From Lingula anatina (lineage: Eukaryota > Animalia > Brachiopoda): DNA of 64,000 nt. Under the pieces are notes generated by a model, which worked only from the letters and a program-made list of their open reading frames with translations, did no database searches and had not been told where the DNA came from. Positions 37,701-48,500 of the stretch are shown piece by piece; position 1 is the first letter of the stretch, and every line of letters begins with the position of its first letter. The DNA lies in NCBI GenBank assembly GCA_051362555.1, contig CM120640.1:8680001-8744000 (forward strand), in the 5' to 3' direction. The position numbers and the translations under genes are program-made.

Positions 37701-40700
37701 ATAACAGGGCAAAAAAATTTTTTTTCGTAAAAAATTTAATTTTTTTGAAAATTTTGGCCCGTTTGACCTTGAAGTAAAGGTCAAAGGTCAAATCCAAGGG
37801 CATATTTGAAATCTACACATATGACTTTTGGAAAGCCGTCTGTAGAAATTTTTCCCATAACCCCTTCCGTAGGGTAGATAATTAGCATTTAATTTTGCCA
37901 TTTTTGGACAAGGGTGCATTTCAATGAGTGCCACACCTAGACCCCAATACCGACAAAGCCCAAATTTTACGTGGAACGAGTTGAGATTATAGGTGACCTA
38001 AATCCAAGAGATGGGTACGGGGGGCCTTACCGCCTAGGAGGAGAAGCGGTAACGGTAGCCGTCCGGCGGAGCCAACGGAGCCGGCGGAGCCGGCGGAGCC
38101 GGCGGAACGATCCGGACGGGACCGAAACCATGTGTACCGCCAGCGCTAACGCTGGTGGTACAATAAAACATAAGGCTTGGCAAAGCAGACAACTTGTGGT
38201 CAAAAATGACATTATTTCATCAAATTTGAACATCTGGAACTTCAGAGCACCTCCCATTTCAAGAATTTTGACCAAAATGACCTTTTCTTTATTTTAATTA
38301 ATTTTTTCTGTAGGAAATTTATGGCACATTATGGTAACTCCAAAATTATAACATTTAGTCCCTTATATCTCCAAAACTGGCAGAGATAGTATAGGTCCAT
38401 AGTTACTATTGAAGTTGAATAAGAAGTCATATACTGGCAATCTAAATGTGACCTTAAAATTGACCTTTAACCTACTTTTCACCATGAACTGAACTTTGCA
38501 AATTTTGCTTCCCTTTTATCTCCAAAACTGGCAGAGATAGGTCCATAGTTACTATTGAACTTGAATAGGAAGTCATATATTGGCAATCTAAATGTGACCT
38601 TAAAATTGACCTTTGACCTACTTTTCACCATGAACTGAACTTTGCAAATTTTGCTTCCCTTTTATCTCCAAAACTGGCAGAGATAGGTCCATAGTCTCTA
38701 TTGAACTTGAATAAGAAGTCATATACTGGCAATCTACATGTGACCTTAAAATTGACCTTTGACCTACTTTTTACCATGAACTGAACTTTGCAAATTTTGC
38801 TTCCCTTTTATCTCCAAAACTGGCAGAGATAGGTCCATAGTCTCTATTGAACTTGAAAAGGAAGTCATATACTGGCAATCTACATGTGACCTTAAAATTG
38901 ACCTTTGACCTACTTTTCACCATGAACTGAACTTTGCAAATTTTGCTTCCCTTTTATCTCCAAAACTGGCAGAGATAGGTCCATAGTTACTATTGAACTT
39001 GAATAGGAAGTCATATATTGGCAATCTAAATGTGACCTTAAAATTGACCTTTGACCTACTTTTCACCATGAACTGAACTTTGCAAATTTTGCTTCCCTTT
39101 TATCTCCAAAACTGGCAGAGATAGGTCCATAGTCTCTATTGAAGTTGAATAGGAAGTCATATACTGGCAATCTACATGTGACCTTAAAATTGACCTTTGA
39201 CCTACTTTTCACCATGAACTGAACTTTGCAAATTTTGCTTCCCTTTTATCTCCAAAACTGGCAGAGATAGGTCCATAGTTTCTATTGAACTTGAATAGGA
39301 AGTCATATACTGGCAATCTACATGTGACCTTAAAATTGACCTTTGACCTACTTTTCACTATGAACTGAACTCTGCTAATTTCTTTCTCTTTTAACTCCAA
39401 ACCTGGCAGAGATAGGCCCATAGTTACTATTGAAGTTGAATAGGAAGTCATATACTGGCAATTTACTGTGACCTTGGAATTGACCTTTGACCTACCTTAC
39501 GATGAACTTTGATTGTACCATTTTTAGTTATATATATATTTTTTGCATATTTTGAAAATTCTTGTTGATTGCATTTTTACAGCTTGTCAAGCACAAGACT
39601 GGTGGCTGTGTTCCTTATTTTGTATATGTGGGGGTCTATACGAATGCGCTTGCTCCAGCTGGTGGTACAATATTCGGAGGCGGTATCGCCTCTCTGATCC
39701 TCTAGTTTAGCTTGGATCTAATGTTTTACAGATCAGTAGGCAAGACAGATTTAGATGTTATTCGTGAAAATCACAGATTTTTATGGACAGAAGAAGACAA
39801 CCCTGATGATTCATGGTAAGATGCTCGAGGAATGTACTAATTTTAAAATTGTAAACTGTGATTAAATATGAGGCTGTGTTCACAATCAGACAGATGTTGA
39901 ATTTACCAGATCAACTCAAATTATCTTTACTGAAGTTACCAGATCATTAATTGAAGGACCTTCATTCAACATTAAAAGAGATTTAATCAGCCATAAAACA
40001 ATCTGGGTATTTGATAACCTCAGTCAGACTATTTTGGGTCTGTTGTTTGGTTTTGAATATAATATCAGAGACTATTATGATTCATTCTTGTTAATGTATG
40101 TTTTGATTAAAACACACTGACAATATGTCATAGCAAAAAAAAAAAAAAAACCTACAACAAAATACTAATAATAACAATAGTATGATTTAATTTTTTAGGG
40201 AAAAGAGGATGTCCAAAAAATATTATGACAAATTGTTTAAAGAATATTGCATATCAGATCTAAGTCGATACAAAGAAAATAAGGTATGTTCTGCAATTTT
40301 GATTTTTATACATATCTGCATTGTTTATTGTAAATTTTATCATCTTTAGCAAGTATTTTATTAGTTGAAAATTGTTAAATTAAAAAAAAAAGATTTTTTT
40401 CCATCTTGCTGACACCACTGTACCTGTAACTTTGATTTTTTTATGTGTAATGTCTGTGTATCGGCCAGCTTTGCTGTCTATTTACATCAATTTATCAGTG
40501 CCGAAATCTTTTTTATTGTGGTTTATTAAAAGGTTTGCTTCATGCTGTCAGAATGGCCTGAACGGAACATATTCTTCAGAAAACATGCCCAACTAACGAT
40601 ATCTTTATCCAAATACACAAATTAAAAGCTCATTTTGTAAATTTTTGGCTTTAAAAAACGTCCTATTTGCTCGGCCTGGGAGTTAATGAGCTACGTGGTC

Positions 40701-43700
40701 ACGTGGTCCAATGACGACAATCGAGCCACCGGAGAACAGAACGTGCTTAGCTGTCACAATGAGCTGCATTGTCTACCTGTAAGATGACTTCTCTGGCTTC
40801 TGATAAAAGTTTATACTCATTCAAATCTCTTACCCGAGGGGTCTAAATCCTCGTGAAGCTGTGTAAAACCATTTCCCGTCTAGTCATTTCTTTAACAAGC
40901 ATTTCATTATGGTTATCCCAAGTTGTATAAAACACTGCATTTGAATGAGTTAAGGGAAATGTTGATTATTGCATATGAGGTCCATGTTATTTGTGAAATT
41001 CAATTTATTTTATTAAACCGCTGACACTCCGTCTTGCATACTTTTATTAAACTGAGGTAAACAATGCCCGTTACCTTTACAAGTCCTATCTTAATCATCC
41101 ATCTAACTGGAACTTCCTTTACCTCTTAATTAGAGGGTTAAATGGCATTCAATTTGTCTTGCTTGTACCGAACGCACTCTCTATCTAAGCTTTACTCCAG
41201 TTATCTCAGGTAAAAATCTACCTGTGCGTTAGTTACAAAGCGCAGCTCCCGTAGACCTGGGGGTACTAGATAAAATCTGAACACCAGGTTTATCGAGGAG
41301 CTAGAGAAAGAAAGGAAGAATTTTTCCTGCACAACTTCATAGGAATTTTAACACGGACTTGATCCAGCTTAGACCTCCAAACTAACAGGGTGACATGGGC
41401 AATTTTCACAAACAAATCATAAAACTATATTTCAGTTAACCGCCTTTAAAATAAATATACCGTTCTGGGTAAATTAAAATAGTTATTAAATCGCAAGAAT
41501 ATTTTTGACTTAAATGATGATTTTATTATTAATGGAAATTAAGCTACTATATGAGGTACATTTGCTGTGATTACACTGTCCTTCATGTTTTGCGTAAGTC
41601 TACATTTTGCTGTATGTGCTTGTAATCTTTTTAAATATGTGCGTACAATTTTTGCAGGTCTGGTTACCCCCCTGTTATGTGATGAGAGTATTAATTTGGC
41701 AATTAGTTCCTTAGCTTATTTGAATAGAATTGCAGTGTAAAATTTTCAACAAGATGTTGGCGAAATAGCCCATTACTCTTTGTAGGTATTTCCCCCGTCA
41801 AAGTTTGTCTAAAATTATCTTTCAATCTTTACTCTTTCAAAGACAGTATAAAGTTACCTGACATATTTTCGTGTAAACTTAATGACAAGCCAAGTGTCTC
41901 CAGTTCATTCCGTACTCAATTTTACCCAAGCAAATTTTTTTCTTGAGTAGATCTTTATAGCACGGTGTTATAAGCTTACAAATTTGCAAAAAAAAATTGC
42001 GTACTGACGCAGAATTTGCGTTTCAAGTTATAAAATAATCAATCTTTTAAATTATTTAATATTTCAGATGAAATTATCTTCAGAAACAAATCCTCAAAGC
42101 ATAAACGAATTAGGATAACGAACCATTTTATTGTAGCAGTTCCCATTTTTTCTTTAATATAACGCTCTTTTTCCTGTTTTTCCTCAACACGTTTTCTTCC
42201 ACAGAAGCTTCAAGATACCCTGAGAGCAATTTCTTTTATTAATGTTCGCGACCGTGTTTGAACTTAATTGTTTAAGTATTGATATTTAACGTCATTTACA
42301 AATACCAATAAAATAACCCCATGAAATAAATGAGATATATTGAAAAATATGAAAGCCCACCAAGACGAGTTTCATACCTGTTATTACCTGGCTTGGGAAT
42401 TGCAGCGGTGCATAATTAACAGGTTTGTTGTAAACGAGCTTTTGGTCAACTACAATGCATTTAAAATGCATCAGCAATCAGTAAGTTTGCCAACTGATGA
42501 CAGATAATCTGAAAGACTACCAGCTCTTGATATGATCTAAACCACCTGAGGTGACCATGATCTAGAGCATCGCAACTATTGTCACCGAAGTTAGTAAGTA
42601 AGTCACGGAAGACCGTCACAGACAAAGAAAGATTGTCAACGAGAGCTGCAATTTTGGTGAATCCCACGGCAACACACCGAGGCATAACGAAAATTCCTCA
42701 ACTCCGTTCAACACAACTTTCCTTAACTTCTCCGTCTTTATGCACCATGCAGCTCAGTTGAGTCTCATAGACCTTTATCGTGATTGTCGTCACAGTACCA
42801 CGTGACCCTGATCTGTTGCTTCATTTTTGCATATTGAGGTGAGGTTTACTAAAACGCTTTTTTTTCTACTAACAGATTGTTTTTATAATTTTTAAATGGC
42901 GGGGATCGATTAAAACATACCTCTAGTGTATAGATTGAGTGCTGTATCTTCAAAATTCGAGAAATGGATTTTTACATGAACATTGTCCTTTAACTTGTTG
43001 ACATATATCGGCCTACAAAACAACCCACCCATCCATGTACCTATTAATCAAAGTGCACAAGATAATATTTAATATTTAGTAACAATAATATTTTTCTACA
43101 TCCAGGTTGCCATGAGATGGAGGATAGAAAAAGAAGTAGTAGAAGGGAAAGGTAAATGCACATGATTGTTCACTTACTGTACTTGAGTTTGATGTTAAGT
43201 TATTTGAGACACATCAATCAATACTTTTTTATGAAAATGACATGTGATTACAGTAACGGTTGTTACTTAACAATAGAAAGAACACTGTATGTCATCGTCA
43301 TGTCTAGCATATTTGATTCTTTTTTTACATCTTATTGTCATTTGAGAGTAAAAGTCTGTTTCTTTCATTGAATTTATATATTTTTCTTTCTTCTTTTGCA
43401 AAAAAGGCCAATTTATCTGTGGAAACAAAAAGTGCACTGAGAAGGAGGGGTTACGGAGCTGGGAAGTCAATTTTGCATATGTGGAGCATGGAGAGAGAAA
43501 AAATGCTTTAGTCAAATTACGTAAGTTATTGCAGTATTTGGCAGGTAGATATATTACTCTCAGTATTATTTGTATAAGCGACCTGGTGTTTGTAGGTAAT
43601 GTGGCAAAATCAGTTCTTTATATTTTATCAGAAATCTGTAGATTAGTAGTTCTAGTATTGTTTCCCTCTAAAATTGCAATGTTATTTTTTTTACTTAAAC

Positions 43701-44469
43701 TGTTGATGTAATATTATAAAGTTTACAGCATTTGAAAGCCTCAAATAACTCAATTTTGCTTAAATGTACCGAATTCTCTTTATTACATAATTTGATTATG
43801 CAGCTTTTTTATACCATAATCAATAGGTTTTCAATCTTAAGGATTTAATGGTATAAGGATTTTTCATCACTATAACTGCCCTGTGTTAAAGTGTGTTATA
43901 TATCTGACTTCAGGTTTATGTCCAGACTGCTCTTATAAACTGAACTACCACCACAAGTAAGTCAACTTTGTAGATTATCATGCACATCACAAGAGTAAAC
44001 CTCAATATAATTGATGGTCAGATAATGGATTTTAAGCTATGAAATATACTAATACTTGATGTGGTTGATGAAAATTGTTATTTCTTGATATATGTTATAG
44101 ATGATTAGAAAAGATATGCTATCTTTGTGCTTTGATCCCCTAAGACCACTTGATTTGAACCCCCTTAGGGCCTCTTTGATGTACTTAATTTATTTTGGGT
44201 AAAAAATGGAATGTTTTATGGAAAGGTCAAAATATATTCATAATGTTAATGGAAGACTAACACCAACCAGGTTTCTCAATTTTGATACCTACAACCAGGA
44301 AATGGGCATGCACATACACATTTGCTTGAAAATGACACTTAAAATAATCTTTCATCCACAGGGGAAGTTCAGTTATCTACCTCAATGCAAATGTGGGATT
44401 TTACATATGAATCATTTAATTGATACTCCCAACTTCTGGCCATGTTCTACAAACATTTTATGATGCATG

Positions 44470-44513
<44 letters not shown>

Positions 44514-45503
44514 TTTTTACTGCAAACATTTAGTTTGAATTTATGACCCCAAACATAATGAAAAGGTGACGTAGGCTGCATTCAGAACAGAGGACTGTGG
44601 GTCAAGTATGGAAACCCACTAAAAAGATTGATGTCTAATCCGCTAAAAGACACTGAATAGATTACATGTGGAGAAGTATTTAAGTGAGTCAGCCATATTT
44701 GACCCTCGGAATAGTTAGTCCACTGTTCTGAATGCGACCTAAAGTGATAAATGAAATAAGTAGTTGAGATTTTTCTTTCTTTCTTTGCAGGAAGAGAGAG
44801 CTTACACAGAGCAAATCCTTTGAAAGGCCTAGCAAAATCCAGAGGACAGAAGACCGACCTAATACAAGTATAGCTTTTGAAATTTGGTTTCTGTATTGAA
44901 TAGCATTCCTACCAAACTGTGTAATAGTCAATATAAATGTAGCAGACTGAAAAAGAGTAAGTCCCCTTTCATTAGGTTTTATGACACACATAAGTTAGTT
45001 TGGGTTTGATCAATTTTATTAAGCTGTGATTATATTAAATCAAATTTAACAAAGCGCTACCACCTGATATTTTAATATAGGTTGTTATATGACAGTCCTG
45101 ACACACCATATGTTTGTATACCCCCTCCACATTTTAGGTACAAAAGGTTCAGGAGTCCACGAAAAGAATGCAAACACTTCAGATAAACCTTCTAGTCTTA
45201 AACCTGAAGAAAGTGACAATTCTTTATGGACCGGGCCACAGAAAATTACTGAGGAAAAATCAAGGTATGTGTAGCAAATTTATTGAAATTTGTTTTACTT
45301 GGGGGAAATAACTTGATTTGCAATTTTTTTTAACTTGTCAATTTTTTATGTGGAGTTAAAAGATACATTTCTTGATTTTATTATAAACTTAATATTTTAT
45401 GAAATCTTTGATGGGATAGTGAAAGTAGGAAGCATCAAAATAATTAATGTTCTTTTTCAGGGATGAAGAATTTGATGAATACTTTGAAGACATGTTTCTC
45501 TGA
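28722..45503 (+). CDS. FRA10AC1: Protein FRA10AC1 homolog (spliceosome-associated), ~307 aa
   Basis: 13 phase-consistent exons: 28722-28754, 29487-29548, 30905-30991, 31421-31466, 31898-31974, 39732-39815, 40199-40283, 43106-43151, 43407-43520, 43914-43956, 44791-44867, 45138-45264, 45461-45503. Motifs HGGDYSSEFE, DAYSRHKKFINDY, KTDLDVIRENHRFLW, KKYYDKLFKEYCISDLSRYKENK, MRWRIEKEVVEGKGQFICGNKKC, SWEVNFAYVEHGERKNALVKLRLCPDCSYKLNY, EEFDEYFEDMFL. Confidence 0.96.
31467..31897 (+). other. U12-type (minor spliceosome) GT-AG intron in FRA10AC1
   Basis: 5' splice site GTATCCTTT (full consensus); branch-like TTTTCCTTCAT ~14 nt before the intron's 3' end; reading frame continuous (SMDA|YSRH). Confidence 0.82.
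32472..35353. mobile_element. Non-autonomous CACTA/EnSpm-like DNA transposon with subterminal repeat arrays
   Basis: TIR CCCAGACAGCCTCAGT.ATCTGGCCCAC.TCTGGCCCAGATCTGGCAACGTCTGGCAAT at both ends. TA target duplication is supported by the empty site (aaatgcTAattatc) in the second HINE copy. ATCTGGC/GCCAGAT arrays at 32489-32778 and 35129-35336. Superfamily assignment is inferred from the CCCAG ends and 2-bp TSD. Confidence 0.78.
33510..34978 (-). mobile_element. Decayed, internally deleted Ty3/Gypsy LTR retrotransposon
   Basis: Two diverged ~225-bp LTRs (34757-34978 and 33510-33734). PBS TGGCGACGAGGAT, complementary to the tRNA-Ser(GCU) 3' end, next to the 5' LTR; PPT AAGAAAGGAAGGGA before the 3' LTR. 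Broken gag (RWLDSFNLFA, RRALMLYSAGTGVQDIF) and retropepsin (LPDSGAYCNII) remnants. Confidence 0.8.
35879..38164 (-). mobile_element. Second, inverted copy of the same Helentron/HINE element inserted inside the first
   Basis: Both termini present in reverse orientation (CTAG/hairpin end at 35879-35930; TTGTACCACCAGC end at 38151-38163). Removing it restores outer-copy sequence gaactccagaaaaa|taaaacataaggc. Insertion is in an A/T run with no TSD. Confidence 0.82.
36421..37147. repeat. 146-bp tandem satellite, 5 units (inner HINE)
   Basis: Unit starts TTTGGAGATA at 36421, 36564, 36710, 36856, 37002 and 37148; each unit contains AGGTCAAAGGTCAATTTCAAGGTCA. Confidence 0.93.
38370..39495. repeat. 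146-bp tandem satellite, ~7.5 units, opposite orientation (outer HINE)
   Basis: TCCAAAACTGGCAGAGATAG recurs at ~38370, 38521, 38667, 38813, 38959, 39105, 39251 and (variant) 39396; reverse complement of the 36421-37147 unit. Confidence 0.93.
40530..42989 (-). mobile_element. Probable decayed Kolobok-like DNA transposon in FRA10AC1 intron 7
   Basis: TTAA on both flanks (40526-40529, 42990-42993); imperfect TIRs AAGGTTTGCTTCATG / AGGACAATGTTCATG; GTCACGTG motifs near both ends; THAP-like start MPRCVAVG at 42685 (-); CpG richer than the host intron. No intact transposase. Confidence 0.42.
44472..44505. repeat. (TA)n microsatellite
   Basis: Read directly from the sequence. Confidence 0.9.
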
Positions 45504-48500
45504 AAGAGAATTTTATGACTAATTAGATGTCCAGAAGACTTCTAGCAGCAATTCCCTGTAGGCCAAGGAGCAGCCTATTCCATGCTAAAACCTATTTAGA
45601 GCTCTTCCCTCCAATACACAAGCGAATGTTTTAATGCATTATCATGGAAGACCATGCATTTAGCAGCTTTCATATCTTGATGATATTTCATTGCTTCTCA
45701 TAAATGATGTACAAGGGACAAGATTTAAATATCTTCAACTAATGTACATTTGGCATGCCTTAGGAAGTATTCAAATTGTTTGGGGTAAAAAATTTCCTTG
45801 CAATATTGACTATGTCAGCTAATTGCTTTTCATTGGTGAATTTTTAATGATATTTTTTTAACTTCAAAGGGATCTCTGGGACTTAAACTGGGTATAAAAC
45901 CACTTTTACAACATACAAATGGTAACTCATAGAGTATATTTTTTAGGTTGCATGATATTTATGATGATGTAACACCAGCCTGTACGGGTTAAAATGTAAT
46001 TTAAGGTAAAATGAATGCAATTTAGATAGCTACTATCTATAGAAATCTTGCAAATTTTTTGAAAAAAAATCACTTGTATTCCTCCATTTTATTATTTTTT
46101 TTTTTTTTTGGTAACAAGCCCTCCAGTCTACAGAACAAGTAAAGAGGTTAACATTTAAATTTTATTTCTTATAGATGGCAAAATTCCATTAAACTAACAA
46201 GAGACACTGAAAGCAGTGCTGAACACCATCTTTGTACATGTCAACCTTTCTTATTACTGAAATTCAGTTTTATGTAAGTTATAATTGTAGAATATATACC
46301 TCCCCTTCCCAAATTTTGAATATATTGTTTTACTGGAATACTTAGCTTAAAAAATTCACTATAACGTCAATAACAATAAAGGAAAAATGAAAAAAAGTTC
46401 ATGTTGTCCTCCATCACAAGAATAAATTTAGTAAAAGGTGCATGGATATCTTTAGGTGAGTAATATTCCATTTCAGTATATGTAAAAAAAAATTTTTTCA
46501 GCTTGCCAGAGCTGTGTTCTACCCATATATGCTATTAACTGGGATACAAACCCCTTATCCTGAAGTGAAATTGATGAGGTACATGTCAGTTTTCAATTGC
46601 CCAACTCTACTTCTTACTACCTTTGGTCCTCAACATAGAGGCTAGCATGGTAGATTGTCATTCCATGAGAGCTATATAGTCTACTGTTACTATTTCATTG
46701 GCAAGATGAATGCTGTAACAGTGCTATTGAAAAATATAAGCAATGGCAATGATAATATGCCTCTTTTTTTCTTTAATCTACATTCAAAGCATGAACTGAA
46801 TACATTCTACCTGAGAAAATAAAAATTGAAATACTCTTTAATAAGTGACCTGACTACTGAACTGAGACTTGATGATTGCACAAGTATATGTATTCCACAA
46901 AAGACAAAAGAATGAGTCCAACATTATAAAGATGAATTATCACAGATATGTATCATAATATAGCATAACATAAACTATTGGTCTACTCTATAAATGATGC
47001 ATTTGACAAAAATTTAAAAAAAGCAAACCACTTCGAAAATAGACCCATTGTTGTACCTGTGCAGATGTTAAAGCTGGAGACCTATGCCTTACATATAAAT
47101 GACATGCATTATATCAGCTGTCTGTCTCATAGAAATAATACATGTAAGACCTTCCCCCTCAAGGTTGCATTATAAAAACCACAGTAAGTGTTGTTAATTC
47201 ATTTGATTTTCATGCATATGGCTGATCAAAAGTCTCCCCACCAATTTAAGCTGCATTGCATTTTCTAGGTACCGCTGACATTGTGTTTGCACTCAATACA
47301 AAGCATGTTAGACATTATAACACTTACATAATCTTTGAACCTCCATTAGTATTACAGTTAAGATTACTTGAGTCTTTTTTTAAACCCACCATGTGTAATG
47401 CATTTATTCCTTAACATGTGCCACACCCATGAAAATTTACTTTTATATACAATTTGTCCTGAAAGGGTGGGTGTTAACCTCTAAAATATAAATGATTACA
47501 TCTGTTTCTCCTTATTACCTGAAAAACCAGGAAGGCAAACTTGAAGCGCCCTGTACTGAGTAGATATTTAAAAAGTACAGCATTCCTACTGACATCTTGT
47601 CTTAGGTATTTACTTTATATGTGAAAAGAAATGTTGCTTATTTTTCCCCTTTGCAGACAGAGAACCACAATATCCTTCAAACCAAAACGCCAACATACCA
47701 GTTGCCCCTACTATAAAATATCCAACACATCAAATAGTTCAGTTGAGTTGAGGGCAGAATAAAAATCAAACTGGCACACTGACACATGATTATAATCCTT
47801 TGACTAACTAATTTTCAATTTTGGTTACTCAGTCCATGTCTGCCTGAATTCAGCATTTGAAGTATATAGACCTTTCCTTTAAACCTTTAAGTTAATACAG
47901 ATATTGTCAGCTGGTATGTAGTACCTGTCAAGCTAAAGGCAATCTATCAACTGTTAACTTGATAGATGAAAAAGATATAGCTGCTCTAGTAACAGTTCAT
48001 CTGATATATTTTAAATTGTAAATTGCGTTCTGGGCTAAGTAATCTGAAGACGGTAAGTTGTTCACAGCACACTGCAGGCTTTGCTTTTCTTCTTACTTCT
48101 GACGTGAGAGGTCTTTCCTGGAGAGCTGCTAGTGGTGAGCTGAGAAGTAAACAAAAAAATGAGAAATTTCCGTTATAATCAAAGAGAAAAAATAACACAT
48201 TATGAATGTAAAATATTCAAATTGGAGTAGTTGTTAGTCATACTTACATGTTAACCCTCTTAGGGTAGAATGCACTGTTTTCAAAATGCACAATTTTAGG
48301 AGGATGTGCTTTTTAAATGTTAGCTGATAATTTGTACTATGGGTGCATATCAACCCCTTTGATTTCATTTTTTTCCATCATTTTTTTTCTTCACAAAAAT
48401 GTCTTAATCAAAATTATATACGTAGTCCATTCCATCTGTCACAATTATTTGCAATAAGTGGTCTCCAAAGTTACGTGATCCACCACACATATAACTACCA

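Larger units (their letters stand above)
32172..39707 (+). mobile_element. Non-autonomous Helentron/HINE-like element (outer copy), interrupted by two nested insertions
   Basis: 5' subTIR TTGTACCACCAGC with adjacent partial inverted repeat GCTGGCGGTACA, a 9-bp GC-rich microsatellite (CGGCTCCTG-like), an internal 146-bp satellite, then 3' subTIR GCTGGTGGTACAA, hairpin GAGGCG-GTAT-CGCCTC and CTAGTT end at 39702-39707. The pieces align colinearly with the inverted copy at 35879-38164. Confidence 0.8.

Noticed and set aside
36421-39495. Regular repeats as a CRISPR array
   Set aside because: Units are contiguous 146-bp monomers without unique spacers, in a eukaryotic intron, with no cas genes.
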